DNA from: Betaproteobacteria bacterium TMED41
GTDB taxonomy: Bacteria > Pseudomonadota > Gammaproteobacteria > Burkholderiales > Burkholderiaceae_A
Assembly (NCBI GenBank): GCA_002167365.1
Contig: NHCU01000024.1
Location: forward strand, 1-41,294
Length of the DNA: 41,294 nucleotides
Reading direction: 5' to 3'
Shown: piece by piece, positions 18,843 through 29,216 of the stretch
How positions within the stretch are numbered: position 1 is the first letter of the stretch
Layout: each line of letters opens with the position of its first letter
The notes under the pieces: generated by a model
Told to the model about the DNA's origin: nothing
Database searches by the model: none
Seen by the model: only the letters and a program-made list of their open reading frames with translations
Translations under genes and position numbers: made by a program

Positions 18843-19574
18843 TTAGTTTCTTTTACCAAATAAGGCAGTGCCAATTCTTAACCATGTTTCGGTATTTGAA
18901 TCACACGCATCAATTGCGGCTTCCAAATCAGAGGACATACCCATTGAAAGTGATTTGAGTTTGGTTTTTATTTCATTTAATTTGTTAATTTTGTTTTTAA
19001 GTTCTCTGAGTTTTAAAAATGACCTTTTTTGATCTTCTAATAAACCAGAAGCAGTTGGAATTGCCATCAGACCATGTAAATTTAAATTTGGCAATTTGGC
19101 AATTAATATAGCTAATTCTTTGGCCTTTTGAGGCATCACCCCACTCTTAGTTGTTTCTTCATCAATATTTATTTGTAAAAAAATTTTTAATGGTTCCATG
19201 TTCAATGGTCTTTGATCAGACAACCTTTGAGCGACTTCAAACCTATCGACAGAATGGATCCAATTAAAATTTTCAGCTATTTTTTTTGTTTTGTTTTTTT
19301 GTATTGAGCCGATGTAGTGCCATTCAATAAAATTTTTGTTAGATTCTGCTTCCAGCATACTTTTTTTTTCGATGGCTTCATTTAAATAATTTTCACCAAA
19401 ATTTTTTAGACCGTGAGAAATAGCTAACCTTATATCATCAACACTCTTTTTTTTGGTTACGGCAAGTATTTTGACACTTGACCGTTCTCGTTTGTTTTGC
19501 AAACAAGCTTTATTTATTCGATGGTCTAATTTGGATAATCGGGAGGTAAAGAGTGAAGAGTTCTTAAATTTCAT
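18843..19574 (-). CDS. yggS: YggS-family pyridoxal-phosphate homeostasis protein
   Basis: KILAVTKKKS (PLP lysine), FGENYLNEA, HYIGSIQKNK and SMGMSSDLEAAI. Confidence 0.85.
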   Translation of the reverse strand: MKFKNSSLFTSRLSKLDHRINKACLQNKRERSSVKILAVTKKKSVDDIRLAISHGLKNFGENYLNEAIEKKSMLEAESNKNFIEWHYIGSIQKNKTKKIAENFNWIHSVDRFEVAQRLSDQRPLNMEPLKIFLQINIDEETTKSGVMPQKAKELAILIAKLPNLNLHGLMAIPTASGLLEDQKRSFLKLRELKNKINKLNEIKTKLKSLSMGMSSDLEAAIDACDSNTETWLRIGTALFGKRN

Positions 19575-20769
19575 AATTGTTTTTCATGTTTCCAGTTACC
19601 ATTTCAAATGATAGCCAATTACAAGCAATATCTCCATTGAATACAGGAAACTTTTCCCCATTTCTAAGATGAATAATTGATGAAAACCTTTTCTCATTGG
19701 TTAATATCCAAACAGTCCATCCTGAAAAATTTTTTTTGAGGACTGTACCTAATTTTTCAATAAAAATTTTTTTTTCATTTTCACTTAACTTAATACGAAA
19801 ACCAAAAGGTGGGTTTGTTACTAAAATACCTGATGAGGATATTTTTTTCTCGGAGGCATTATAATTTAAAAAATCATTGACTTTCCACACAATAGATTTT
19901 GAAATCTTATTTGGCAGGGCATGCCACGCATTTAGTTTGGCTACTTCTAGCATTTTAATATTTGAGTCACTTCCGATAACCAAGGGGATATTTTTAATTA
20001 TTTTATTTTTATCTTCCCACCTATCATGTGCTTCCTGTAATAAAACTTTCCAATTAGTATTATTAAAGGGAGACCCAGGAGAGAAATTCTCAAATGCGAA
20101 TTTCCTAATTCTACTGGGAGTATAATTACAAGGTAATTGAGTAAACTTTTGCATCGCCTCAATAACAAAAGTACCACTGCCACACATTGGATCCATAAGT
20201 GGCTTACTCATATCCCAGTTTGTCATTCCTAATAGAGCAGATACAAGGTTTTCTTTAATTGGAGCTATTCCTTTATTTTGTCGCCAACCCCTTTTGAAAA
20301 GTGGTTCTCCACTGGTATCTATTGAGGCAGTGACAAGAGAGTTGAAAAAATGGATCCAAATTCTTATTTCCGGATTTTTAGTGTTAACTGTGGGTCTCTT
20401 ACCATTAAAGTCGGCTCTAAATCGGTCACACATTCCATCTTTGAATTTTAATGCTACAAAATTTGCTGACATAGATCTTGGTAATTTACCAGTGATATTT
20501 ACGTCAACTCTGAAGGAATTAGAAGGTGTGAACCATTCACCCCAATTAATTTTGTTGGCAAAAATTAATAATTCATCTGCATTATTTATCTGAGTTTTAC
20601 CAAGTTGTATTAAAATTCTTGAAGGAATACGGGCCCACAAATTTAATCTACAAATAATCTCTGGACTTGCATTAAAATTAGCACCACTCTTATTTTTCCT
20701 TATCGACTCTACTCCATCAAAAGTGTATAACTCGTCTACTAGAGAATCCTCAAGCCCCCGACTGCACAC
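19564..20769 (-). CDS. THUMP-domain class I SAM-dependent RNA methyltransferase (COG0116, RlmL-like)
   Basis: IAPIKENLVSALL, DPMCGSGTFVIEA and NPPFGFRI. The GTG at 20769 is the only canonical start, and the true start is probably upstream (see finding). Confidence 0.85.
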   Translation of the reverse strand: MCSRGLEDSLVDELYTFDGVESIRKNKSGANFNASPEIICRLNLWARIPSRILIQLGKTQINNADELLIFANKINWGEWFTPSNSFRVDVNITGKLPRSMSANFVALKFKDGMCDRFRADFNGKRPTVNTKNPEIRIWIHFFNSLVTASIDTSGEPLFKRGWRQNKGIAPIKENLVSALLGMTNWDMSKPLMDPMCGSGTFVIEAMQKFTQLPCNYTPSRIRKFAFENFSPGSPFNNTNWKVLLQEAHDRWEDKNKIIKNIPLVIGSDSNIKMLEVAKLNAWHALPNKISKSIVWKVNDFLNYNASEKKISSSGILVTNPPFGFRIKLSENEKKIFIEKLGTVLKKNFSGWTVWILTNEKRFSSIIHLRNGEKFPVFNGDIACNWLSFEMVTGNMKNNYEI

Positions 20770-20799
20770 TGCAAAAGCTGTTAGTTTAAGAAGAGAGCT

Positions 20800-20817
20800 A
20801 ATTAAGATTTTCCTCCC
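20800..20817 (-). promoter_or_regulatory. Shine-Dalgarno GGGAGG (20817-20812) followed 9 nt later by an in-frame ATT (20802-20800); candidate non-canonical start of the THUMP methyltransferase
   Basis: Minus strand reads GGGAGGAAAATCTTA ATT AGC TCT CTT CTT AAA CTA ACA GCT TTT GCA GTG TGC. The frame is open and encodes LTAFAVCSRGLE. Confidence 0.4.
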
Positions 20818-20828
20818 AATTGGTTGAA

Positions 20829-21302
20829 TTAGAATGGTTTTATTACTACTAGAGCGACAGACAGGAATAAAAATAAAACAGGTAATTCATTAAACCATCT
20901 ATATTTTATATGTGACCAATTTGATGGTTTGTTTGTTAAAAATCTTAATATTTTTCCACAATAAAAATGATATGAAATCAATAAAATTACCACTAATATT
21001 TTGGCTGTCATCCAAAAACTTCCGTCATTAAGACCAATTCCGTAACCTAACCAAAGCCACAAACCAAAAGTAATAGCCAAAATCATGATGGGTGTTGTGA
21101 ATCTAAACAGTTTCGAGGCCATTAAAATTAATCTCGATCTCTCTCTTGACTGCATAATTTCCTCTTTTAATGAGGTTGTGCTTCTTTCCAAATACTCTTT
21201 TTCAACGAGTGCAATATTTACGAAAATGCGGGGTAAATAAAACAATCCTGCAAACCAACTAACAATGAAAATAATATGTAATAATTTTATGTAAAGAATC
21301 AT
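20829..21302 (-). CDS. hemJ: Protoporphyrinogen IX oxidase HemJ (UPF0093/TIGR00701 membrane protein)
   Basis: MILYIKLLHIIFIVSWFAGLFYLPRIFV matches the HemJ N-terminus. The ATG at 21302 overlaps the proA TGA (ATGA). The track start at 21335 would lie inside proA. Confidence 0.8.
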   Translation of the reverse strand: MILYIKLLHIIFIVSWFAGLFYLPRIFVNIALVEKEYLERSTTSLKEEIMQSRERSRLILMASKLFRFTTPIMILAITFGLWLWLGYGIGLNDGSFWMTAKILVVILLISYHFYCGKILRFLTNKPSNWSHIKYRWFNELPVLFLFLSVALVVIKPF

Positions 21303-22579
21303 TGTCGAATATGACCATCTCCAAAGACGATCCATTTTTTTGTAGTAAGTCCCTCCAACCCAACAGGCCCTCTGGCATGCAGTTTATTCGTACTAATTCC
21401 TATTTCCCCACCCAGACCATATTGAAAACCATCGGCAAATCGAGTTGAGGCATTAACCATTACAGAAGATGAATCAACCCTGTTGAGAAATTTCATAGCT
21501 TTAGAGTGATTTTCTGTAACTATACAATCGGTATGACCAGATCCATAATAAGAAATATGAGAGATAGCTTCGTCTATTCCCAAAACACTCTTGATTGAGA
21601 TTATGTTAGACAAGTATTCAGTTTCCCAATCTTTTTCGCTAGCAATTTTTATTTTTTTTACATCGAATTTACCTTCCCTAAGTATTTCTTTTGAAATTGA
21701 GCAAGCTCTAATTTCGATATTTTTTTCTAAAAGCAAGGTACAAATTTTAGGTAGAAATAATGGAGCAATTTCCTGAGAAACAAGAAGAGTTTCCAAAGTA
21801 TTGCAAGTTCCCAAACGTTGGGTTTTAGAATTATCTGTAATTTTTAGTGCCTTGTTTATATTGGCATCACTATCTACATAAACATGGCAAATTCCGTCCA
21901 AATGTTTGATTACGGGAACAGTTGAATTTTCGTTTATTTTTTTTATTAATGATTTGCCCCCCCTAGGAATTATTACGTCAATAGTATTTTTTTGAGTTAT
22001 GAGTTCATTGACCGCCTCTCGATCAGTTATAGGGATAATTTGTATTGCTTTGGGAGGCAAAGTATTTCTTTTAAGAGCGAGCACACATAAATTAGCAATC
22101 GCTAAATTACTGTTTAATGAATCAGATCCACCCCTAAGTACAAGTGTATTTCCTGATTTGAGACACAGACCGGCAGCGTCAGCAGTAACATTCGGCCTAG
22201 ACTCGTATATAATTCCAATAACTCCAATTGGAACTCTCATTGTTCCAACTGAAATACCAGAAGGTTGTTTTTGAGTACTTACAATCTCTCCAATAGGATC
22301 AGGTAGTTGCGCAATTTGTACCAATCCATCTGACATGGAATGTATAGTTCTTTCCTCCAATTTTAGACGGTCAATGAAAGAGTCATCTTGACCATTATGA
22401 ATGGCTTTTTCAACATCTTTTTTATTGGCGGTGAACAATAAATCCTTGTTTTCTTGAATTAATTCAGCCAAATCAAGGAGAAATTTATTTTTTTGATCAG
22501 TAGTAGCTTCAGCTAGTTTCAAACAAGTTTTTTTTGCATCAGTACAAATTTTTGAAACAATATTTTTAGTTGTATTCAT
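21299..22579 (-). CDS. proA: Gamma-glutamyl phosphate reductase
   Basis: RVPIGVIGIIYESRPNVT, IPRGG, CNTLETLLV, NASTRFADGFQYGLG and KLHARGP. The ATG at 22579 was chosen because the longer track start would overlap holA. Confidence 0.93.
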   Translation of the reverse strand: MNTTKNIVSKICTDAKKTCLKLAEATTDQKNKFLLDLAELIQENKDLLFTANKKDVEKAIHNGQDDSFIDRLKLEERTIHSMSDGLVQIAQLPDPIGEIVSTQKQPSGISVGTMRVPIGVIGIIYESRPNVTADAAGLCLKSGNTLVLRGGSDSLNSNLAIANLCVLALKRNTLPPKAIQIIPITDREAVNELITQKNTIDVIIPRGGKSLIKKINENSTVPVIKHLDGICHVYVDSDANINKALKITDNSKTQRLGTCNTLETLLVSQEIAPLFLPKICTLLLEKNIEIRACSISKEILREGKFDVKKIKIASEKDWETEYLSNIISIKSVLGIDEAISHISYYGSGHTDCIVTENHSKAMKFLNRVDSSSVMVNASTRFADGFQYGLGGEIGISTNKLHARGPVGLEGLTTKKWIVFGDGHIRQ

Positions 22580-22586
22580 TTTTTTA

Positions 22587-23540
22587 TTAATCCTGTAAAA
22601 CAAATATCTCAAGTTCTATCCAAGGGTCTCCGGGCACCAAACCTTTGACCATTCTATCTATTAAAAATAACTTTTTAAGTAATTTTTTTTTTGTTGGTTG
22701 CTTTTTATTTCTACATTCTTTGGCCAAAATCCAGACAATTAAAGTTGCCGGAAAACCCTCTTCCCTTAAGCCGTTGATGAGTCTGATACAGTTTCTTTTA
22801 TTGCCTACTTTAAAAATTAAATCTGGTAGGTCAAATGGATTGTATTTCGCAACATCGGTAACTGTTTTTTGGATAAATTTGCTGTCTACTTTGTTATTTA
22901 ATTTTTCACTTTTAGATAAAAGAAGAATTTTTTGAATCTGTTGCTCTGCCATGGAAAGGTTTCCTTCGCACTTTTCTACTACTAAATCAACAGCATTATC
23001 AGTTAAAGACAATTTTTTTTGGGTGAGAATTTTTACTAACCATTTCTTCATTTCTTGATTGTCAGGAGAGGGAATGATAATTGTTATACCAAAATTATCA
23101 ATCGTATTAAACCAATTAGATTGTCTGGTGGCATAGTCAATGGAGGGCAAATTGAGAATTAAATCAGAAAAGTTTGTCAAATTTTCACACCATTCTATCA
23201 ATGCTTTACTTGCTCTTGTACTTGGTTTAGCAGAGGATAACCTAATATCAAAAACTTTTTTCTCAGAAAATAAGGAGTGGCTTTTTGCCTCTAATATACA
23301 ACCTTCCCAATCAAAATTTTGTAACGGCATGTGAAGAACTTGACCATAGAGAGTCTGAGGATAAAAATTTTTTTTTATTAGATCGGTTATTTTGCTTTTT
23401 AAGAAAATCTCATTACTACAGATAGTCCAAATATTTGGAGAGGACTGCAAGATATTTTTTTGTAACTTATATTTTTTAAATATCTTTTCAACATTAGATT
23501 CGAAATCGATTGTGGAAGAAGCAGGAACTCTAATTTGCAT
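22587..23540 (-). CDS. holA: DNA polymerase III subunit delta
   Basis: KCEGNLSMAEQQIQKILLL and YNPFDLPDLIFKVGNKRNCIRLINGLREEGFPATLIVW parallel E. coli HolA. leuS-lptE-holA synteny. Confidence 0.75.
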   Translation of the reverse strand: MQIRVPASSTIDFESNVEKIFKKYKLQKNILQSSPNIWTICSNEIFLKSKITDLIKKNFYPQTLYGQVLHMPLQNFDWEGCILEAKSHSLFSEKKVFDIRLSSAKPSTRASKALIEWCENLTNFSDLILNLPSIDYATRQSNWFNTIDNFGITIIIPSPDNQEMKKWLVKILTQKKLSLTDNAVDLVVEKCEGNLSMAEQQIQKILLLSKSEKLNNKVDSKFIQKTVTDVAKYNPFDLPDLIFKVGNKRNCIRLINGLREEGFPATLIVWILAKECRNKKQPTKKKLLKKLFLIDRMVKGLVPGDPWIELEIFVLQD

Positions 23541-24048
23541 AATTTGCTGGATTTATTCTTTGTAGTCTTTCTATTACTCTAATTGCAAGTTGTTTATCAA
23601 TATCTTGTCTATGAAAAGCCTCGTGGGATTGAGCAGCTAAAACATCAGTATCACTGAAATTTACTGACCTAATTATTTTTAACTTGTCCAGTGGTTGAAT
23701 GGGTCTTTCACTTTGATCGGTTATTTCTAACTTTACGCTAGTTCTTAGTTCTAATTCTCTAGGCCTTCCTGCTCCAGAAAAACCTACTACAACCTTTTCA
23801 TTAATAACCTCTAAATTAATGAGAACCTGAGCTTCTATAATTGATGATACAATTTTTACACCCGAACGCTTTAACCTGTTGAGCAATTCTCGACCAACCC
23901 CATTTTCAGCTCCAGATACAAATACTCTTTCAACTGGCAGTTGACTGGAAAGAACTTTGAATTTCCATCCACAACAAGTAAGCGAACACAAACAACAAAC
24001 TACTAATAAATATTTTGTTACTTTGTCAAGAGGAAAAGTGAATTTCAT
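23530..24048 (-). CDS. lptE: LPS-assembly lipoprotein LptE
   Basis: Lipoprotein-type signal peptide (LLVVCCLCSLTCCG), about 170 aa. Conserved position immediately downstream of leuS. Confidence 0.65.
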   Translation of the reverse strand: MKFTFPLDKVTKYLLVVCCLCSLTCCGWKFKVLSSQLPVERVFVSGAENGVGRELLNRLKRSGVKIVSSIIEAQVLINLEVINEKVVVGFSGAGRPRELELRTSVKLEITDQSERPIQPLDKLKIIRSVNFSDTDVLAAQSHEAFHRQDIDKQLAIRVIERLQRINPANYAN

Positions 24049-24065
24049 ATCAATATTTGAATCAA

Positions 24066-26777
24066 TTATTTTTTCAACACAATATTTATAAGTCTATTAG
24101 GTACGATTATAGTCTTTTGAATACCTTTACCTAAACTGAATTTCTTGAAAGCTTCAGATTTAAGAGCCGTTGTAATAATTTCATCATTACTAGCGTTGGA
24201 ACTTATTTTTAAATTTGAGCGTACTTTACCATTAATTTGACAAACAATATTAATTTCATCTTGTATTAGTGCACTTTCATCAATTTTTGGCCATGTGGCT
24301 GAAACAAGATTTCCAAAACCGTCGATAAAACCAAGCTCTTGCCAGATAGTTTCAGTAATATGTGGTGCTATCGGATAAAGAATTCTTAATAAAATGGACA
24401 TACTTTCTGTAAATAATTCATAAGAATTACCCAACTCCGATCTTTGTATTTTGGAAGAATTTATGTTTGAGCTGATAGATTTTTCTATGGTGTTGAATAA
24501 TTTCATTGAAGCAGAGACGACAGTGTTGTAGTGTTGTCTTCGTATATCAAAATCTGCTTGTTTTAAAATTTCGTGGGTTTGTTTTCTTAAATTTGACTTA
24601 GTGGGTTTACCAAACAAATTTGAGACTAAATCAATAGAGGATTTATTTATTTTATCTTGATTTAAGAAACAAAAATTCCATAAACGCTTTAAAAATCTAT
24701 GAGAACCTTCCAACCCATCCATGGACCATTCCAGTGTTTGCTCAGGAGGTGATGCAAAAATTGTGAATAGTCTGGCGGTATCAGCACCATATAAGTCAAT
24801 TAAAATTTGTGGGTCAACTCCATTATTTTTTGACTTTGACATTTTTTCAGAATTTCCAATCATGACTTCTGAATTATCTTTCATAAGAATAGCACTATCA
24901 ATCTTGCCTTTTTGATCACGATGAATAGTAATTTCCTCTGGATTAAAAAAAGTTACTTTGTTTGATTTACTTTTTTTGTAGAAGGTTTGATTAAGAACCA
25001 TCCCTTGAGTTAACAAACTTTTGAAAGGTTCTTCGAAATTTACGAGCCCTAGAGTTTTCATAACTTTGGACCAAAATCTGGCGTAAAGAAGATGCAACAC
25101 TGCATGTTCAATTCCTCCAATATATTGATCCATTGGCATCCAATAATTGATTCTAGAATCAACCATTGATTTATCTAAATTAGGGGAGCAGTAACGCATA
25201 AAATACCAACTTGAGTCTATGAAAGTATCCATGGTATCTGTCTCACGGTGAGCATGACCATTACACTTTGGACATTTTGCTTTATAAAATTCTTCGCAAT
25301 TCAATAAAGGATTACCAAATCCATCTGGTTTGATATTTTCAGGGAGAATGACAGGTAGATTTTTTTCAGGAACTGGGACAGAACCACAAACTTTACAATG
25401 TATTATAGGAATTGGAGTGCCCCAGTATCGCTGTCGACTTATTCCCCAGTCTCTTAATCTAGTTTGAGTAGTTTTTTCCCCAATTTTTAACTTTTCTAAA
25501 TCTGTAATTATTTTAATTACAGCTTGCTCTCTTGGAAGACCATCATAGGAACCTGAATTCATGCATATAGTATTTTCCTTACTCGCATACCAGTCTTTCC
25601 AATTATTACTGTCAAATTTGTTGATTTTTTTTGAATTTTCAATTGATCGGATTACTTGTCTGATGCCGAGACTATATTTTTTAGCAAAATGAAAATCTCG
25701 CTCATCATGAGCAGGGACTCCCATTACTGCACCGTCACCGTAAGACATGATTACGTAATTACCAATCCATATTGGGATTTTTTCATTGGTTAGAGGGTGA
25801 GTAACTGAAAGTCCGGTAAAAATCCCCTCTTTTTCACGAATAGCTATTTCAGCTTCTGTTTGATTTCCCAATTTACAAGTTTGAATGAAGCTTTTTACTT
25901 TAGAGTCAACTTTAGCAACATAATTTGCAATAGGATGTTCAGCAGCAATTGCAACAAAGGTGATACCCATTATTGTGTCAGGTCTTGTTGTATAGACACG
26001 TAATTTGCCATCATTGATAAGTTTTTTTTCTTCATTTCTTATCTCGTGGGAAAAAGAAAAACTTAGCCCTATGGATCTACCAATCCAATTTTCTTGCATG
26101 GTTTTTACTCTTTTTGGCCAATCGAGATTCTCAAGTCCAAGAGTAAGATCTTTGGAGTACTTTGTAATTGCGAGGTAATACATAGGCACCTCACGCTTTT
26201 CAATTTTGGCTCCAGACCGCCAGCCAAAACCATCGATTACTTGTTCATTAGCTAAAACAGTTTTATCTACCGGATCCCAATTAACAGAGCCAGTTTTTTT
26301 GTAAGCAATCCCTTTTTCTAACATTTTAAGGAATAACCACTGGTTCCATTTATAATAATCCGGTGAACAAGTAGAAAACTCTCTACTCCAATCAATTGCC
26401 AAACCAAGAGACTGTAGTTGTTTTTTCATAGTTGAAATGTTTGAGTTTGTCCATGCCGAAGGAGAGAGATTTTTGGATATAGCTGCATTTTCTGCCGGCA
26501 ATCCAAATGCATCCCATCCCATCGGCATGAGGACGTTGTAACCCATCATTCTTTTCCATCTAGCAATAACATCATTAATTGTATAATTACGAACATGCCC
26601 CATGTGAAGACGACCTGATGGGTAAGGTAGCATTGAACAGGCGTAATATTTACCTTTTGAAAATTTTGGGTCGTTTTCAATTACTTTAAATTGTTGATTG
26701 ATTTCCCATTTTTTTTGGATTTCTTTTTCAATCTTTTGGGGGTTATAATTTTTGTCAAAAAGAGTAGAGTCAGTCAT
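24066..26777 (-). CDS. leuS: Leucine--tRNA ligase
   Basis: PYPSGRLHMGHVRNY (HIGH), the KMSKSKNN motif, and the CP1 editing domain. 903 aa. Confidence 0.97.
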   Translation of the reverse strand: MTDSTLFDKNYNPQKIEKEIQKKWEINQQFKVIENDPKFSKGKYYACSMLPYPSGRLHMGHVRNYTINDVIARWKRMMGYNVLMPMGWDAFGLPAENAAISKNLSPSAWTNSNISTMKKQLQSLGLAIDWSREFSTCSPDYYKWNQWLFLKMLEKGIAYKKTGSVNWDPVDKTVLANEQVIDGFGWRSGAKIEKREVPMYYLAITKYSKDLTLGLENLDWPKRVKTMQENWIGRSIGLSFSFSHEIRNEEKKLINDGKLRVYTTRPDTIMGITFVAIAAEHPIANYVAKVDSKVKSFIQTCKLGNQTEAEIAIREKEGIFTGLSVTHPLTNEKIPIWIGNYVIMSYGDGAVMGVPAHDERDFHFAKKYSLGIRQVIRSIENSKKINKFDSNNWKDWYASKENTICMNSGSYDGLPREQAVIKIITDLEKLKIGEKTTQTRLRDWGISRQRYWGTPIPIIHCKVCGSVPVPEKNLPVILPENIKPDGFGNPLLNCEEFYKAKCPKCNGHAHRETDTMDTFIDSSWYFMRYCSPNLDKSMVDSRINYWMPMDQYIGGIEHAVLHLLYARFWSKVMKTLGLVNFEEPFKSLLTQGMVLNQTFYKKSKSNKVTFFNPEEITIHRDQKGKIDSAILMKDNSEVMIGNSEKMSKSKNNGVDPQILIDLYGADTARLFTIFASPPEQTLEWSMDGLEGSHRFLKRLWNFCFLNQDKINKSSIDLVSNLFGKPTKSNLRKQTHEILKQADFDIRRQHYNTVVSASMKLFNTIEKSISSNINSSKIQRSELGNSYELFTESMSILLRILYPIAPHITETIWQELGFIDGFGNLVSATWPKIDESALIQDEINIVCQINGKVRSNLKISSNASNDEIITTALKSEAFKKFSLGKGIQKTIIVPNRLINIVLKK

Positions 26778-26887
26778 TTTTTCCTATACAGTACAAATAT
26801 TTATTAATTGATATTTTAACCATTAGTGAGTTTCAAATTAAAGAAAGTTTTTTCAATTTAAATTATAAAACATGAGATTCGAAAGAT

Positions 26888-29203
26888 ATGAACCCTGAAT
26901 TTTTAGATGGATTGAATGATCCACAAAAAGCTGCTGTCACGATTGAAAACGGCTCTGCACTTGTTTTGGCAGGTGCAGGCAGTGGGAAAACTCGAGTATT
27001 AACTACAAGGATTGCCTGGTTGTTGTCTATGGGAAAAGCCAGTTCTCAAGAAATCCTTGCAGTTACATTTACTAACAAAGCAGCTAAAGAAATGCTACTA
27101 AGAATTGGATTAATGCTTCCTTATAACTTGCGTAGTATGTGGATTGGGACTTTTCATGGATTATGCAATAGGATGCTTAGACATCATCATGAACAAGCTG
27201 CATTGCCTGAGTCATTTCAAATTTTAGATACCCAAGATCAACTATCATTTGTTAAGCGTTTGATGAAAAACTTGAGTGTAGATACAGATAAATTTCCCCC
27301 TCGACAAGTTCAAAAATTCATAAATTCTGCCAAAGAGGAAGGGTTAAGGTATGACAGTGTTGACGATCCCAATGGATTTAATCGGCCTTATATTGAGCTT
27401 TATGAAGCTTACGATATCCAGTGTCAAAAAGAGGGAGTTGTTGATTTTGGTGAACTTTTGCTACGCACTCTTGAGCTTCTTCAACGTTCCGAATCTATTA
27501 GAAAACACTATCAATCAAGATTCAAACATATTTTAGTAGATGAGTTTCAAGATACAAATTCTTTACAATACTCCTGGTTAAAATTACTAAGTGGTCGATC
27601 CACTGGAGTACTTGCAGTTGGCGATGACGATCAAAGTATATATGCATTCAGAGGAGCTAATGTTGCAAATATGCAATACTTTGAAAAAGATTTTAAAATC
27701 ACTAAAATTATTAGATTAGAACAGAATTATAGATCTCATGGATTTATTCTTGACGCAGCTAATTCTCTTATTTCCAGAAACACATCCAGGCTAGGAAAAA
27801 ATTTGTGGACTGATTCTGGAATGGGAGAATGTATCAGGGTTTTTGAATCACCTGAAGATGTCTTTGAAGCCGCTTGGGTAGTAGATGAAGTTAAAGACTT
27901 TATTAATATGGAAACATCTCCATCAGATATAGCAATTTTGTACAGAAGCAATGCGCAATCTAGGATTTTGGAACACGAGTTAAATAAAAGAAATATTGAT
28001 TATAGGGTGTATGGCGGACTTCGTTTTTATGATAGAGCAGAAATAAAACATGCTTTAGCTTATTTGAGACTTTTAGAAAACCAAAATGACGATACCGCTT
28101 TTATGAGAATTGTAAATTTTCCATCTCGTAAAATTGGCAATAGATCACTTGAGCAACTTCAAGATGTTGCCAAAACCCTGGATTTATCTTTATTTGATGC
28201 AATCGACAACTTAGAGGGCAAGGTAAGTTTAGCTTTAAGTAAGTTTAAAGAGATGATTGAAGATATTAGAAATGAGATAAATTTTAGTAATTTACCAGAA
28301 ACAGTTGATTTGGTTATTCGTAGATCTGGACTCGAAGAATATTACCTGTCGGAAAAAAATGGTTCTGAAAGGTTAGAAAACCTTAAAGAGTTAGTCACAG
28401 CATCGTCAGGTTTTATTGCAGAAGAAAAAATTAGCAGTTCAATACCTTCCAATTTTGGAATTAGCCGGCGAAGTTCAAAAAATGAAAATATCGAACCAAA
28501 TAAGCCAGTCACCCTTGTTGACGAAAGTGAATTTGATAAAAATTTAAATCTCACTCCGCTAGCCAAGTTTCTTGTTAATGCCTCATTGGAATCTGGTGAA
28601 AGTCAGGCTGGTGCAGGAAAGGCCGCAGTGCAATTGATGACTATTCATTCAGCTAAAGGGTTGGAGTTTGATGTTGTCTTTGTAACAGGCTTAGAGGAGG
28701 GTTTGTTTCCTCACGAAAATTCTTTAAGCGAAATAAATGGAGTTGAAGAAGAGAGACGGCTGATGTACGTTGCAATGACCAGAGCAAAAAAAAGGCTATT
28801 TCTCTCATCAGCACAGGCAAGAAGGTTGCACGGCCAAGTAAGATATCATCAACAAAGCAGATTTTTAGAAGAAATTCCAAAAGAATGTTTAAAGAAATTA
28901 TCAATGCAACACGATACTAATCTGAATCATGCGAGTGCTTTTAATGGCCGTAAACTGAATGTCGAAAACCAAACCTACGGCTTAACTCATAATGAATTAC
29001 ATTCAAATTTTTCATCTAATGAAAAAAATAGTAATAATTTAAACGCATTGAAAGTTGGTCAGTATGTTAGACATCAAAGATTTGGTGATGGGATAGTGCT
29101 TGCTCTTCAAGGAACTGGCTCAGAAGCAAGTGTTCATATAAAGTTTGAGCAAAACGATGTTCGTTGTTTGTCTCTTGCCATTGCCAAACTTGAAAAAATT
29201 TAA
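26888..29203 (+). CDS. uvrD: ATP-dependent DNA helicase II (UvrD/Rep/PcrA superfamily 1)
   Basis: AGAGSGKTRVLTTRIAWL, VDEFQDTN, LEQNYRS, TIHSAKGLEFDVVFV and YVAMTRAKKRL. The C-terminal VGQYVRHQRFGDG domain is typical of UvrD. Confidence 0.87.
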   Translation: MNPEFLDGLNDPQKAAVTIENGSALVLAGAGSGKTRVLTTRIAWLLSMGKASSQEILAVTFTNKAAKEMLLRIGLMLPYNLRSMWIGTFHGLCNRMLRHHHEQAALPESFQILDTQDQLSFVKRLMKNLSVDTDKFPPRQVQKFINSAKEEGLRYDSVDDPNGFNRPYIELYEAYDIQCQKEGVVDFGELLLRTLELLQRSESIRKHYQSRFKHILVDEFQDTNSLQYSWLKLLSGRSTGVLAVGDDDQSIYAFRGANVANMQYFEKDFKITKIIRLEQNYRSHGFILDAANSLISRNTSRLGKNLWTDSGMGECIRVFESPEDVFEAAWVVDEVKDFINMETSPSDIAILYRSNAQSRILEHELNKRNIDYRVYGGLRFYDRAEIKHALAYLRLLENQNDDTAFMRIVNFPSRKIGNRSLEQLQDVAKTLDLSLFDAIDNLEGKVSLALSKFKEMIEDIRNEINFSNLPETVDLVIRRSGLEEYYLSEKNGSERLENLKELVTASSGFIAEEKISSSIPSNFGISRRSSKNENIEPNKPVTLVDESEFDKNLNLTPLAKFLVNASLESGESQAGAGKAAVQLMTIHSAKGLEFDVVFVTGLEEGLFPHENSLSEINGVEEERRLMYVAMTRAKKRLFLSSAQARRLHGQVRYHQQSRFLEEIPKECLKKLSMQHDTNLNHASAFNGRKLNVENQTYGLTHNELHSNFSSNEKNSNNLNALKVGQYVRHQRFGDGIVLALQGTGSEASVHIKFEQNDVRCLSLAIAKLEKI

Positions 29204-29216
29204 AGTTTAGAAAATG

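Noticed and set aside
19877-20593. ORFs 19877-20125 (+), 19998-20183 (-) and 20294-20593 (+) within the THUMP methyltransferase gene
   Set aside because: They are embedded shadow or alternative-frame ORFs with no motifs.
26778-26887. Possible LexA/SOS box in the leuS<>uvrD divergent spacer (TACAGTA / TACTGTA half-site near 26787-26793)
   Set aside because: Only one half-site is present. The partner CTGT at the required 8-nt spacing is absent, so there is no full CTGT-N8-ACAG palindrome.
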